From: an uncultured delta proteobacterium
GTDB lineage: Bacteria > Desulfobacterota > Binatia > DP-6
Assembly (NCBI GenBank): GCA_963815115.1
Contig: CAWFFN010000005.1
Span: 1,152,001-1,216,000 of the forward strand
Direction: 5' to 3'
Length of the DNA: 64,000 nt
Shown piece by piece: positions 29,229-41,623 of the stretch. The notes under the pieces are model-generated. The model ran no database searches and was not told the DNA's origin. It worked only from the letters and a program-made list of their open reading frames with translations. Made by a program: the position numbers and the translations under genes. Positions within the stretch are counted from its first letter, which is position 1. Each line of letters starts with the position of its first letter.

Positions 29229-29328
29229 GGCCTCGGGGACTTAGATTGCCTCGGCGCCTCGGTTTCTGGTACAGGAACCCGTTTCGACGGAGATCGCGAA
29301 GGGAGGGTGGAGCGCCCAGCGCCTGGTT

Positions 29329-30113
29329 ATGACCGACGTCACCATGAAGAATCTACTCGAGGCCGGCGTGCACTTCGGCCACCAGACCAGCCGCTGGAAC
29401 CCGAAGATGAAGCCGTACATCTTCGGCGCCCGCAACGGCATCTACATCATCGACCTCCAGCAGACGGTGAAGATGTTCCGCGACGCGTACAACTTCGTGC
29501 GCGAGCGAACGGCGCAGGGCGGCCAGATGCTGTTCGTGGGCACCAAGCCCCAGGCACAGGACGCCATCCGCGAGGAGGCCGAGCGCTGCGGCGCGTTCTA
29601 CGTGAACACGCGGTGGCTCGGCGGGATGCTCACCAACTTCCAGACCATCAAGCAGTCGATCGACCGCCTGAAGAAGCTCGACGAAATGCTCGAGGACACG
29701 CAGGTCGCCGACGCGCTCACCAAGAAGGAAGTCCAGGGTCTCCGGCGCGAGCGGGAGAAGCTGCTGTCGTCGCTCGGCGGCATCAAGGGGCTGCGCAAGC
29801 TCCCGGACGCTCTTTTCGTGATCGACCCGAAGAAGGAAGAGATCGCGGTCAAGGAGGCGAACAAGCTCGGCATCCCGGTCGTCGCCGTGGTCGACACCAA
29901 CTGCGACCCCGACATGATCGACTACAAGATCCCCGGCAACGACGACGCCATCCGGGCCATCCGCCTGTTCTGCGCCGCCGTCGCCGAGGCGGTGATCGAG
30001 GGACGGAACCTCTACGAGGAGCGCCAGCGCGGAGCCGGAGCCTCGACCGTCGCCGGCGGCAACGGTGCCGAGCCAGAGGTCGGAGAGGTGCAGGAGCTCG
30101 AGGCGCAGCCCTC

Positions 30114-30117
<4 letters not shown>
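29329..30117 (+). CDS. rpsB: 30S ribosomal protein S2
   Basis: [21 protein letters not shown] and [10 protein letters not shown] motifs. Confidence 0.98.
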
Positions 30118-32050
<1,933 letters not shown>

Positions 32051-32054
<4 letters not shown>

Positions 32055-32806
32055 TGATCGAGCTCGATCAGAGCCGGCTGCCACACCACGTGGCGGTCAT
32101 CATGGACGGCAACGGTCGCTGGGCGGAGCAGCGCGGCCTGTCGCGCATCTACGGCCACCGCGTCGGCAAGGAGTCGGTGCGCGCGATCGTCGAGTCGAGC
32201 CGCAAGCTCGGCATCAAGTACCTCTCGCTCTTCGCCTTCTCGAGCGAGAACTGGAACCGCCCGCCGCGCGAGGTGGACGGCCTGATGACGCTGCTCCGCA
32301 AGTACCTCGCGAGCGAGCTCGGCAAGATGATGCGGCACCAGATCCGCCTCCTCGCGGTCGGCAGCCTGCGGCGGCTTCCGCCCGCGGTCCGGCAGGCGTT
32401 GCGGGCGAGCATCGCGGCGACGCGCAAGAACAAGGGCATGACCGTGATCCTGGCGGTGAGCTACGGCGGCCGCGAGGACATCGCGCAGGCCGCACGCGCG
32501 ATCGCCCGGCGCGTCGAGCGCGGCGAGCTCGCATCCGACCGGATCACCGCGGGCACCGTCTCGGAGCACCTCGGGACGAAGGGAGTGCCGGACCCGGACC
32601 TGCTCATCCGGACCAGCGGCGAGATGCGCATCAGCAACTTCTTCCTCTGGCAGCTCGCGTACACCGAGATGTACGTCACCGAGACGCTCTGGCCCGACTT
32701 CCGCGAGCGGGAGTACGTCCAGGCCCTGGCGTTCTTCCAGCAGCGGCAGCGACGATTCGGGCGCACCTCGTCGCAGATCGACCGCGAGCGGCTGCGCGCA
32801 GTGTAG
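32051..32806 (+). CDS. uppS: Undecaprenyl diphosphate synthase
   Basis: IMDGNGRWA, FSSENWNRP and RTSGEMRISNF motifs. Confidence 0.96.
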
Positions 32807-32812
32807 GGCGCC

Positions 32813-33616
32813 CTGCTTCGCACGCGACTCGTCACGGCTGCCATCGCGCTGCCCGCGCTCTGGCTGATCATCGAGTATCTCTGGGCGCCGCTGTTCGTCG
32901 CCTTCATCTTGACGGTGGCCGCGATCGGCCTGCACGAGTACGGCGGCATGGCCTTCCCGCAGGATCGCCCGGCGCGCGGGGCGCTCCTGATCTTCGGGCT
33001 CCTGGTCGCGGCGAGCGTGATCGCGGGCATGATCCCGTGGACGGGGGCCGCCCTGTCGTTCGCGGTGATCGGCGGCCTGGTGCTCGCGCTCCTGCGCAAC
33101 GGCGACCTGTCGCTCGCCGTCGGGCGGCTCGGCCTGCTGCTGCTCGGCGTCCTCTACGTCGGCTTCGTCATCCCGCACGTGGCGCTGCTGCGCCAGCAGC
33201 CGGAGGGCTGGCGGTGGGTCCTGTTCACGGTCTACACCGCGATGGGATCGGATTCGGGAGGCTACTTCGCGGGGCGCGCCTACGGGCGCCACAAGCTCAT
33301 GCCCGCCGTGAGCCCGAGCAAGACCGTGGAGGGCTCGGTGGGCGCGCTCGCCGGCGCCGTGCTCATCGGGGCGATCTGCCGGCTGGTCTTCTTCCGCGAG
33401 CTTCCGGTCGCGCAGACCCTCGGGCTGGCGCTCGCGATCGGCATGCTGGCCCAGCTCGGCGACCTCTGCGAGTCGGCCCTCAAGCGAGCCTTCGGCGCCA
33501 AGGACTCGGGCTGGATTATCCCCGGCCACGGTGGCATCCTCGACCGCCTCGACAGCCTGCTGTTCCCGTTCGTCTTCGCGTACTACTACTACGCAGTCGC
33601 CACACGGGCCTGGTAG
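32813..33616 (+). CDS. cdsA: Phosphatidate cytidylyltransferase (start CTG)
   Basis: SPSKTVEG and KDSG..IPGHGGILDR motifs; conserved N-terminus (M)LRTRLVTA begins at CTG 32813. Confidence 0.93.
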   Translation: MLRTRLVTAAIALPALWLIIEYLWAPLFVAFILTVAAIGLHEYGGMAFPQDRPARGALLIFGLLVAASVIAGMIPWTGAALSFAVIGGLVLALLRNGDLSLAVGRLGLLLLGVLYVGFVIPHVALLRQQPEGWRWVLFTVYTAMGSDSGGYFAGRAYGRHKLMPAVSPSKTVEGSVGALAGAVLIGAICRLVFFRELPVAQTLGLALAIGMLAQLGDLCESALKRAFGAKDSGWIIPGHGGILDRLDSLLFPFVFAYYYYAVATRAW

Positions 33617-33630
33617 GAAGGAGACACCGC

Positions 33631-34713
33631 ATGGCCCTCCCCGCACCCGTCGTCACCATCGTCGCCTTTCTCGTGGCGCTCGGCCTCCTGGTCTTCGTCC
33701 ACGAGTTCGGGCACTTCGCGGTCGCGAAGCGCATTGGTGTCAAGGTGCTGCGGTTTTCGATCGGCTTCGGGCCCGTCGTGTTCTCGCGCCGCCGCAACGA
33801 GACCGAGTACGCGGTGTCGGCCATGCCGCTCGGCGGCTACGTCAAGATGCTGGGTGAGGACGACGAGGACGAGGCGGTGACCGAGCCCGAGCGCGCCTTC
33901 TCGACGCAGACGCCGCTGCGCCGGACTGCGATCGTGTTCGCCGGCCCGGCCATGAACTTCGTCTTCGCGTTTCTGGTCTACGCCCTTCTCTTCGTCGCCG
34001 TGGGCGCCGAGGTGGCGTCGAACGAGCCGCGCGTCGGCGGCGTCGCCGCCGGCTCGCCGGCGGAGCAGGCCGGGCTCAAGACCGGCGACAAGGTCGTGGC
34101 CGTCGACGGGCGCCCCACGACGACCTGGGAAGCGCTCGCGCAGACGGTGCGCGACTCGAAGGGGGCCCCGCTGGGGCTCAGCATCGAGCGCGACGGCCAG
34201 CAGCTCGCGGTCACGGTGACACCGAAGCTGCGCGACAATCGATCGATGTTCGGCGAGGACCGCGGCCAGGTCTACCTGATCGGTATCGAGGCCTCGCACG
34301 ACTGGCAGCGCGTCGGGCCGCTGCACGCGCTCGGCATGGCGGCCCAGCAGACGGCGAACGCCACCTACGTGGTGGCGGCGGGCCTCGTGCTCATGGTCCA
34401 GGGTCGGGTCCCGCTGCGTGAGCTCGGGGGCCCGATCGCGATCGCGCGCGCCGCCGGCGAGCAGGCGCGCGCCGGGACGCGCTACTATCTCAGCATGCTC
34501 GCCTTCCTCTCGATCAACCTCGGGGTGCTGAACCTCCTGCCGATCCCCGCCCTCGACGGCGGTCATCTCGCCCTCTTCGGGATCGAGGCCGCGCTCGGGC
34601 GGCCGATCCGGCAGCGGCATCGCGAGCTCGCGCAGCAGGTCGGGTTGCTCCTGCTGCTCAGCCTGATGGTGTTCGTGTTCTACAACGACATCCACCGTCT
34701 CGTGCAGGGCTGA
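33631..34713 (+). CDS. rseP: RIP metalloprotease RseP
   Basis: HEFGH, a PDZ domain and NLLPIPALDGG. Confidence 0.95.
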   Translation: MALPAPVVTIVAFLVALGLLVFVHEFGHFAVAKRIGVKVLRFSIGFGPVVFSRRRNETEYAVSAMPLGGYVKMLGEDDEDEAVTEPERAFSTQTPLRRTAIVFAGPAMNFVFAFLVYALLFVAVGAEVASNEPRVGGVAAGSPAEQAGLKTGDKVVAVDGRPTTTWEALAQTVRDSKGAPLGLSIERDGQQLAVTVTPKLRDNRSMFGEDRGQVYLIGIEASHDWQRVGPLHALGMAAQQTANATYVVAAGLVLMVQGRVPLRELGGPIAIARAAGEQARAGTRYYLSMLAFLSINLGVLNLLPIPALDGGHLALFGIEAALGRPIRQRHRELAQQVGLLLLLSLMVFVFYNDIHRLVQG

Positions 34714-34717
34714 GCTC

Positions 34718-35416
34718 CTGATCGTTCTCGGGCTCGACACGGCGACCTGGACCGCGACCGCGGGGGTGGCACGGGACGCAATCGTCCTCGCGGAGGACTC
34801 GGAGACGGCCTCGCGGTCGCACGTGGGTTCGCTGCCGGCGCTCGTGGCGCGCGTCCTGGCGCACGCCGGGCTCGCCATGGACGACCTCGAGGGGCTGGCG
34901 GTCTCGATCGGGCCCGGCTCGTTCACCGGGTTGCGCATCGGGCTCGGCTTCGCGAAGGGCCTGGCGTTCGCGGGTGGGCTTCCCGTGGCGGCCGTTCCCA
35001 CGCTCGAAGCGCTGGCCGAGGCCGCGGAATGCGCCCCGGGCGAGACGGTCTGCGCCGCGCTCGACGCTCGCAAGCGTGAGGTGTACGCAGCGCTCTTCCG
35101 GGTCGGCGAGACGGGCCGTGTCGAGCGGATGACCGCGGACCTCGCGCTCGCGGCCGATGCGCTGGCAGCCCGGCTGCCGGCGGGCACCGTGCTGGTCGGG
35201 GATGCCGTCGAGGCCTATCCGGAAGCGTTCGGGTCCGGGGCCGTGCGTCGTCCCTTCGCGACGGTCCATCCGCGCGGCGGCGTCGTCGCCCGGCTGGGGG
35301 CCGGCCTTCTGGCAGCGGGGGCGGCCGTCGCGCTCGGCCCGCTCGAGCCCGTCTACGTACGAGCGCCGGAGGCCGAGCTGGCGCGGGCGTCCGCGGCGGC
35401 CCCGGCCGCGCGTTGA
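34718..35416 (+). CDS. tsaB: tRNA t6A biosynthesis protein TsaB (start CTG)
   Basis: (M)IVLGLDTAT, GPGSFTGLRIG, DARKREVY and PVY motifs. Confidence 0.92.
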   Translation: MIVLGLDTATWTATAGVARDAIVLAEDSETASRSHVGSLPALVARVLAHAGLAMDDLEGLAVSIGPGSFTGLRIGLGFAKGLAFAGGLPVAAVPTLEALAEAAECAPGETVCAALDARKREVYAALFRVGETGRVERMTADLALAADALAARLPAGTVLVGDAVEAYPEAFGSGAVRRPFATVHPRGGVVARLGAGLLAAGAAVALGPLEPVYVRAPEAELARASAAAPAAR

Positions 35417-35472
35417 CAATCCATTTTCCGGCGTATTACCGTCGCGAAGCGGCGTTCTGGCGGAGGTTTCGA

Positions 35473-35697
35473 ATGGAGAGAAAGGACGAGGAGCTGATCG
35501 CCTCGCTGCTCGAGCGCGAGCCGGAGCTGCGGCGTTACTACGACGAGCACAACGATCTCAAGAAGCAGCTCGAGACGCTCCAGCAGAAGCACTACCTCAC
35601 CCCCGAGGAAGAGGTGGAGAAGAAGCGCCTGCAGAAGCTGAAGCTCGCGGGCAAGGACAAGATCATGGAGATACTCGCGCGCCACCGCACGCACTAG
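35473..35697 (+). CDS. DUF465/YdcH family protein
   Basis: EH..L...L...LTPEEEVEKKRLQKLKLAGKD; GGAGG SD; TTGACA at 35413. Confidence 0.8.
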   Translation: MERKDEELIASLLEREPELRRYYDEHNDLKKQLETLQQKHYLTPEEEVEKKRLQKLKLAGKDKIMEILARHRTH

Positions 35698-35705
35698 GGG
35701 GCCGC

Positions 35706-36223
35706 ATGCGTCACACCATCTCCATCCTGGTCGAGAACGAGTTCGGGGTCCTCGCCCGCGTGGCCGGGCTCTTCAGCGGCCGCGGCTTCAACATCGAGAG
35801 CCTCTCGGTGGCGGAGACGATGGACCCGACCGTGTCGCGCATCACGCTGGTCACGCGCGGCGAGGACCAGGTGCTCGAGCAGATCGAGAAGCAGCTCAAC
35901 AAGCTCATCAGCGTCATCCGGGTCATCGACTTCACCGACACGGCCCACGTGGAGCGCGAGCTCGTCCTCCTCAAGGTGGGGATCGATGAGCGTTCGCGCG
36001 GCGAGGTCGTCAACATCGTCGACGTCTTCCGCGGGAAGATCATCGACGTGTCGCGCCGCTCCTACGTGATCGAGGTGACCGGCACCGAGGACAAGATCGA
36101 CGCCCTGATCGAGCTCTTGAAGCCGATCGGGATCAAGGAGATCGTACGCACCGGCAAGGTGGCGATGTTCCGCGGCACGCGGCTCCTCACCGTGGACGGG
36201 AAGGACAAGGAGCGAGCCGCATC

Positions 36224-36227
<4 letters not shown>
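35706..36227 (+). CDS. ilvN: Acetolactate synthase small subunit
   Basis: [24 protein letters not shown]. Confidence 0.96.
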
Positions 36228-37240
<1,013 letters not shown>

Positions 37241-37256
37241 GAGAAGGATCACGAGC

Positions 37257-37913
37257 CTGATCCCGATCGCCCGCGAGGGCTGGCCGGTGATCGGCATGGC
37301 CGCCGGCGTCCTCGGTGTGGTCGCCGCCGTCGGCGTCGCGGCGGGGCACCCGGTGGCAGTGGTGCCGCTGCTGGTCGGCGTCGCCTTCTGCGTCTACTTC
37401 TTCCGCGATCCGGAGCGTGAGCCCCCGCCGGACGACCGTCTCGTCGTGTCGCCTGCCGACGGCCGCGTGCTCGAGGTACGCGCGGAGCGGGAAGAGCAGT
37501 TCCTGCACGGCCCGGCGACGCGCGTGAGCATCTTCATGTCGCCGCTCGACGTGCACGTGAACCGCAGCCCGGTTGCGGGTACCATCGAGCTGGTGCGTCA
37601 CACCGCCGGCCGCTTCCGCGCCGCCTTCGCCGACAAGGCGTCGCTCGACAACGAGCGCAACGCCGTCCTCCTGACGACCCGGGGCGGTCGCTTCCTCGTC
37701 GTGCAGATCGCCGGGGCGATGGCCCGGCGCATCGTCTGTCACCGGCAGGTGGGCGACCACCTGGCGCGCGGCGAGCGTTTCGGGATGATCATGTTCGGGT
37801 CGCGGGTGGACCTCTTCCTGCCGCCGGGCGTGCGGCCCGCGGTGTCCCGGGGTGATCGCGTGCGGGCCGGCCACACGGTGGTCGCCGAGCTGCCGCCCGG
37901 AGCGTCCGGATGA
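37257..37913 (+). CDS. psd: Phosphatidylserine decarboxylase proenzyme (start probably CTG)
   Basis: IAREGW, FFRDPER, SPADG, HVNRSP and FGSRVD motifs. Confidence 0.92.
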   Translation: MIPIAREGWPVIGMAAGVLGVVAAVGVAAGHPVAVVPLLVGVAFCVYFFRDPEREPPPDDRLVVSPADGRVLEVRAEREEQFLHGPATRVSIFMSPLDVHVNRSPVAGTIELVRHTAGRFRAAFADKASLDNERNAVLLTTRGGRFLVVQIAGAMARRIVCHRQVGDHLARGERFGMIMFGSRVDLFLPPGVRPAVSRGDRVRAGHTVVAELPPGASG

Positions 37914-38752
37914 GGCGCATCGGCGTCGCCGCCGATCCGGCGCGTCGCCCGAGGCGGCGCATTCCTCCGCTGCGCAAGGGCGTCTACATCCTGCCGAATC
38001 TCTTCACCTCGGCCGGGCTGTTCGCGGGCTTCTACTCGATCATCGCGACGCTGAACCACGACTACCGCCTGGCCGCGATCATGATCCTCGTGTCGCAGCT
38101 CTGCGACGTGCTCGACGGCCGCATCGCGCGCCTGACGAGATCCGCGAGCGAGTTCGGTGTGCAGTACGACTCGCTCGCCGACCTGATCGCGTTCGGCGTC
38201 GCGCCCGGCATCCTCGTCTACACCTGGGCGCTGCGGCCGTGGGGTCGCTGGGGGTGGCTCGCGGCCACGCTCTACGTCACCTGCGGCGCGCTCCGTCTGG
38301 CGCGGTTCAACGTGCAGTACGGCTCGGTCGAGCGACGCCACTTCCTCGGGCTGCCGATCCCGGCCGCGGCGGACGTCATCGCGGCGACCGTGCTGCTGTA
38401 CTACTACCTGAACGGGCAGGGCGACCCGAACAAGCACGTCCTCATGCTGCTGGTGATCTACGCGGTCGCGGCGCTCATGGTGAGCGAGTTCCGCTACTTC
38501 TCGTTCAAGGAGTTCCGGCTGCACCATCGCCACCCGTTCCCGGTGCTCCTCGCGCTCATCTTCCTCATCATGCTCACCATCGGCGCGCCCGAGGTCATGC
38601 TCTTCCTGGGCATCACGGGCTACGCCCTTTCCGCGCCGGTGACGGCGCTCTGGCGGCTCGCGCGCCGGCGGCGGCGCCCGCTTCCCGCGGCCGCGTCTGC
38701 GGACGCGTCGCCGGGAGCCGTCGTGCTTGACAAGCCAGGTGCCCGCGGATAA
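37910..38752 (+). CDS. pssA: CDP-diacylglycerol--serine O-phosphatidyltransferase
   Basis: LPNLFT, DGRIAR...G...DSLAD and RLARFN motifs. Confidence 0.93.
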   Translation: MRRIGVAADPARRPRRRIPPLRKGVYILPNLFTSAGLFAGFYSIIATLNHDYRLAAIMILVSQLCDVLDGRIARLTRSASEFGVQYDSLADLIAFGVAPGILVYTWALRPWGRWGWLAATLYVTCGALRLARFNVQYGSVERRHFLGLPIPAAADVIAATVLLYYYLNGQGDPNKHVLMLLVIYAVAALMVSEFRYFSFKEFRLHHRHPFPVLLALIFLIMLTIGAPEVMLFLGITGYALSAPVTALWRLARRRRRPLPAAASADASPGAVVLDKPGARG

Positions 38753-38764
38753 GCCCCGAGATCG

Positions 38765-38848
38765 ATGACGGAAACGGCCCGACTCCTCGGAGCGCTTCTC
38801 GGCGGCCTCCTGCTTACCAGCCCGCCCGGGGCGCGCGCGAGGGTGTAG
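38765..38848 (+). CDS. leu operon leader peptide (27 aa, 7 Leu)
   Basis: MTETARLLGALLGGLLLTSPPGARARV*, between a TTGACA promoter element (~38727) and a terminator upstream of leuA. Confidence 0.8.
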   Translation: MTETARLLGALLGGLLLTSPPGARARV

Positions 38849-38870
38849 GGCAAGCAACACCTACCAGCGC

Positions 38871-38912
38871 AAGGCCACGGGCGGATCGAGTCGCTCGTGG
38901 CTTTCGTGTTTC
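38871..38912 (+). terminator. Attenuator terminator
   Basis: AGGCCACGGGCG-loop-CGCTCGTGGCTT followed by a T-rich tract. Confidence 0.75.
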
Positions 38913-38968
38913 TGGGGTCAGACGGAAGCCGGGAGCGGCGAATCCCCGTGGCGGAAGGGAGAGCCACG

Positions 38969-40516
38969 ATGGACCGGGTACGAATCTTCGACACCACGCT
39001 GCGCGACGGGGAGCAGTCCCCTGGCGCCACGATGAACATCGAGGAGAAGCTGGTGATCGCTCGCCAGCTCGAACGCCTCGGCGTCGACGTCATCGAGGCC
39101 GGGTTCGCAGCATCGTCGGAAGGCGACTTCGAGGCGGTGCAGCGGGTGGCGGCCGCCGTGTCGAAGCCGGTCGTCCTCTCGCTGGCGCGTACGCGCGAGC
39201 AGGACGTCGACCGCGCGATCGCCGCGGTGGAGCGTGGGCAACGGCCGGGCATCCACATCTTCATCGCCACGTCCGACATCCACCTGAAGCACAAGCTCAT
39301 GATGAGCCGGCGCGACGTCGTGGACGCCGCCGTGTGGGCCGTCACCCGGGCGAAGAAGCACCTCGACTACATCGAGTTCTCCGCCGAGGACGCCTCGCGC
39401 AGCGATCCCGAGTACCTCGTGGAGGTCTTCACGGCCGTGATCGAGGCGGGCGCCCGGGTGATCAACGTACCCGACACCACCGGCTACATCATGCCCGAGG
39501 AGTACGGCTCGCTCTTCCGCATGCTGCGGGAGCGCGTGCCCGGCGCGGACCGCGTGATCTGGAGCGCGCACTGCCACAACGATCTCGGCATGGCCACCGC
39601 CAACTCGCTGGCAGCGGTCGAGAACGGGGCGCGCCAGATCGAGTGCACGGTGAACGGCATCGGCGAGCGCGCCGGCAACACCGCCATGGAAGAGGTGGTG
39701 ATGGCCATCAAGACGCGTGGCGAGCGCTTCGGCGTCGACACCGGGGTCGTCACCGAGGAGATCTTCGCCACCAGCCGCCTGGTCACGCAGATCACCGGCC
39801 TCGCGGTGCAGGTGAACAAGGCCATCGTGGGCGAGAACGCGTTCGCCCACGAGGCCGGGATCCACCAGGACGGCGTGCTCAAGTACCGCCAGAACTACGA
39901 GATCATGAGCCCCGAGAGCATCGGCCTGGCGTCGAATCGCCTGGTGCTGGGCAAGCACTCCGGCCGTCATGCGCTCGTGGCGCGCATTCGCGAGCTGGGG
40001 CTCGACACCACCGACGTCGACATGAACCGGCTGTTCGAATCCTTCAAGGCGCTCGCCGATGCCAAGAAGACGGTCTACGACGAGGATCTGATCGCGCTGG
40101 TGGCGCAGGAATCCGTCCGGGGTGCGCAGGTGCGCGATCGCTACGAGCTGGTCTATCTCAACGTGACCTCGTCGAGCGTGGACGTCCCCTTCGCCACGGT
40201 GAAGCTTCGCATCGACGGCGAGGAGGTCGGGGGGACGGGGACGGGCGACGGCATGGTGGATGCCTGCTACAAGGTGATCAGCGAGCTCACCGGGCAGCAT
40301 CCCCGGCTCGATCGCTACGCCGTCAAGGCGATCACCGGCGGGACGGACGCGCAGGGCGAGGTGAGCTGCCTGGTCAGCGCGCACGGGGTCACCGTCACGG
40401 GGCAGGGAAGCCACACCGACATCATCCAGGCGAGTGCGCTCGCGTACGTGAACGCCCTCAACAAGCTGGAGACGCGCCGGGCGTGCGGCCAGACGCCGCC
40501 CGAGGTCGGCCCGTGA
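38969..40516 (+). CDS. leuA: 2-isopropylmalate synthase
   Basis: FDTTLRDGEQSPG, HCHND and GIGERAGN motifs. Confidence 0.96.
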   Translation: MDRVRIFDTTLRDGEQSPGATMNIEEKLVIARQLERLGVDVIEAGFAASSEGDFEAVQRVAAAVSKPVVLSLARTREQDVDRAIAAVERGQRPGIHIFIATSDIHLKHKLMMSRRDVVDAAVWAVTRAKKHLDYIEFSAEDASRSDPEYLVEVFTAVIEAGARVINVPDTTGYIMPEEYGSLFRMLRERVPGADRVIWSAHCHNDLGMATANSLAAVENGARQIECTVNGIGERAGNTAMEEVVMAIKTRGERFGVDTGVVTEEIFATSRLVTQITGLAVQVNKAIVGENAFAHEAGIHQDGVLKYRQNYEIMSPESIGLASNRLVLGKHSGRHALVARIRELGLDTTDVDMNRLFESFKALADAKKTVYDEDLIALVAQESVRGAQVRDRYELVYLNVTSSSVDVPFATVKLRIDGEEVGGTGTGDGMVDACYKVISELTGQHPRLDRYAVKAITGGTDAQGEVSCLVSAHGVTVTGQGSHTDIIQASALAYVNALNKLETRRACGQTPPEVGP

Positions 40517-41613
40517 GGCAGGAGGCGACGGTCGCTCTCTTCGCGGGCGACGGCATCGGGCCCGAGGTGACGGCCGAGGCGGTCGCCGTCCTCGAGTCGG
40601 TGGTGCCGCGGCACGGCGTGCGGCTCACCTTCAGCTCGGGAACCATCGGAGGCGCTGCCATCGACGCCACCGGCATCCCCCTGCCGCCCGCGGAGCTCGC
40701 CCGCGCGCGGTCGGCCGATGCCGTGCTGCTCGGCGCCGTCGGCGGCCCCAGGTGGGACGACCCGAAGGCGAGCGTGCGGCCCGAGCAAGCACTCCTCGGG
40801 CTGCGCAAGGGGCTCGGGGTCTACGCCAACCTGCGCCCGGTCTGGACGGTGCCGGCGCTGATCGGCTCGTCGACCCTGCGCCCGGAGGTGCTCCAGAACG
40901 TCGATCTCGTCGTCGTCCGCGAGCTCACCGGGGGCATCTACTTCGGCCAGCCGAGCGAACGCCGGGGCCGCTCCCCCGAGCGCAGCGCCGTCGACACGCT
41001 CGTCTACACCGAGGAGGAGATCGTGCGGCTGCTGCACGCGGCCTTCGCGCTCGCCCGCCAGCGCCGCCGCAAGCTCACCTCGGTCGACAAGGCGAACATC
41101 CTCGCCTCGTCACGGCTGTGGCGCGAGATCGCGCACGAGGTGGCACGCGAGTACCCCGACGTGAGCCACGAGGACGTCCTCGTCGACGCGATGGCGATGT
41201 ATCTCGTCCGCCGCCCCGGCGACTTCGACGTGATCGCCACCGAGAACCTCTTCGGCGACATCCTGACCGACGAGGCGGCGATGCTGGCGGGCTCCATGGG
41301 GATGCTGCCGTCGGCGTCGCTGGCGGGTGCGCCCGTGCCCGGCCGCCCGTGCCAGGGTCTCTACGAGCCGATCCACGGATCGGCGCCCGACATCGCCGGC
41401 GAGGACAAGGCCAACCCGCTGGCGGCCATTCTCTCCGCGGCCATGCTCTGCCGCTACTCGCTGACGCTCCCGGAAGCGGCGGATGCGATCGAGCGCGCCG
41501 TCGCCGACGTGCTGGCCGCGGGCCACCGCACCGCGGACCTCGTCGCACAGGGCGAGGAGCCCGTCGGCTGCCGGGCGATGGGCCGGCTGGTGCGCGACCG
41601 TCTGGAGGTCTGA
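40513..41613 (+). CDS. leuB: 3-isopropylmalate dehydrogenase
   Basis: GDGIGPE, RELTGGIYFG and EPIHGSAPDIAG motifs. Confidence 0.96.
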   Translation: MRQEATVALFAGDGIGPEVTAEAVAVLESVVPRHGVRLTFSSGTIGGAAIDATGIPLPPAELARARSADAVLLGAVGGPRWDDPKASVRPEQALLGLRKGLGVYANLRPVWTVPALIGSSTLRPEVLQNVDLVVVRELTGGIYFGQPSERRGRSPERSAVDTLVYTEEEIVRLLHAAFALARQRRRKLTSVDKANILASSRLWREIAHEVAREYPDVSHEDVLVDAMAMYLVRRPGDFDVIATENLFGDILTDEAAMLAGSMGMLPSASLAGAPVPGRPCQGLYEPIHGSAPDIAGEDKANPLAAILSAAMLCRYSLTLPEAADAIERAVADVLAAGHRTADLVAQGEEPVGCRAMGRLVRDRLEV

Positions 41614-41623
41614 AGGTGATCTC

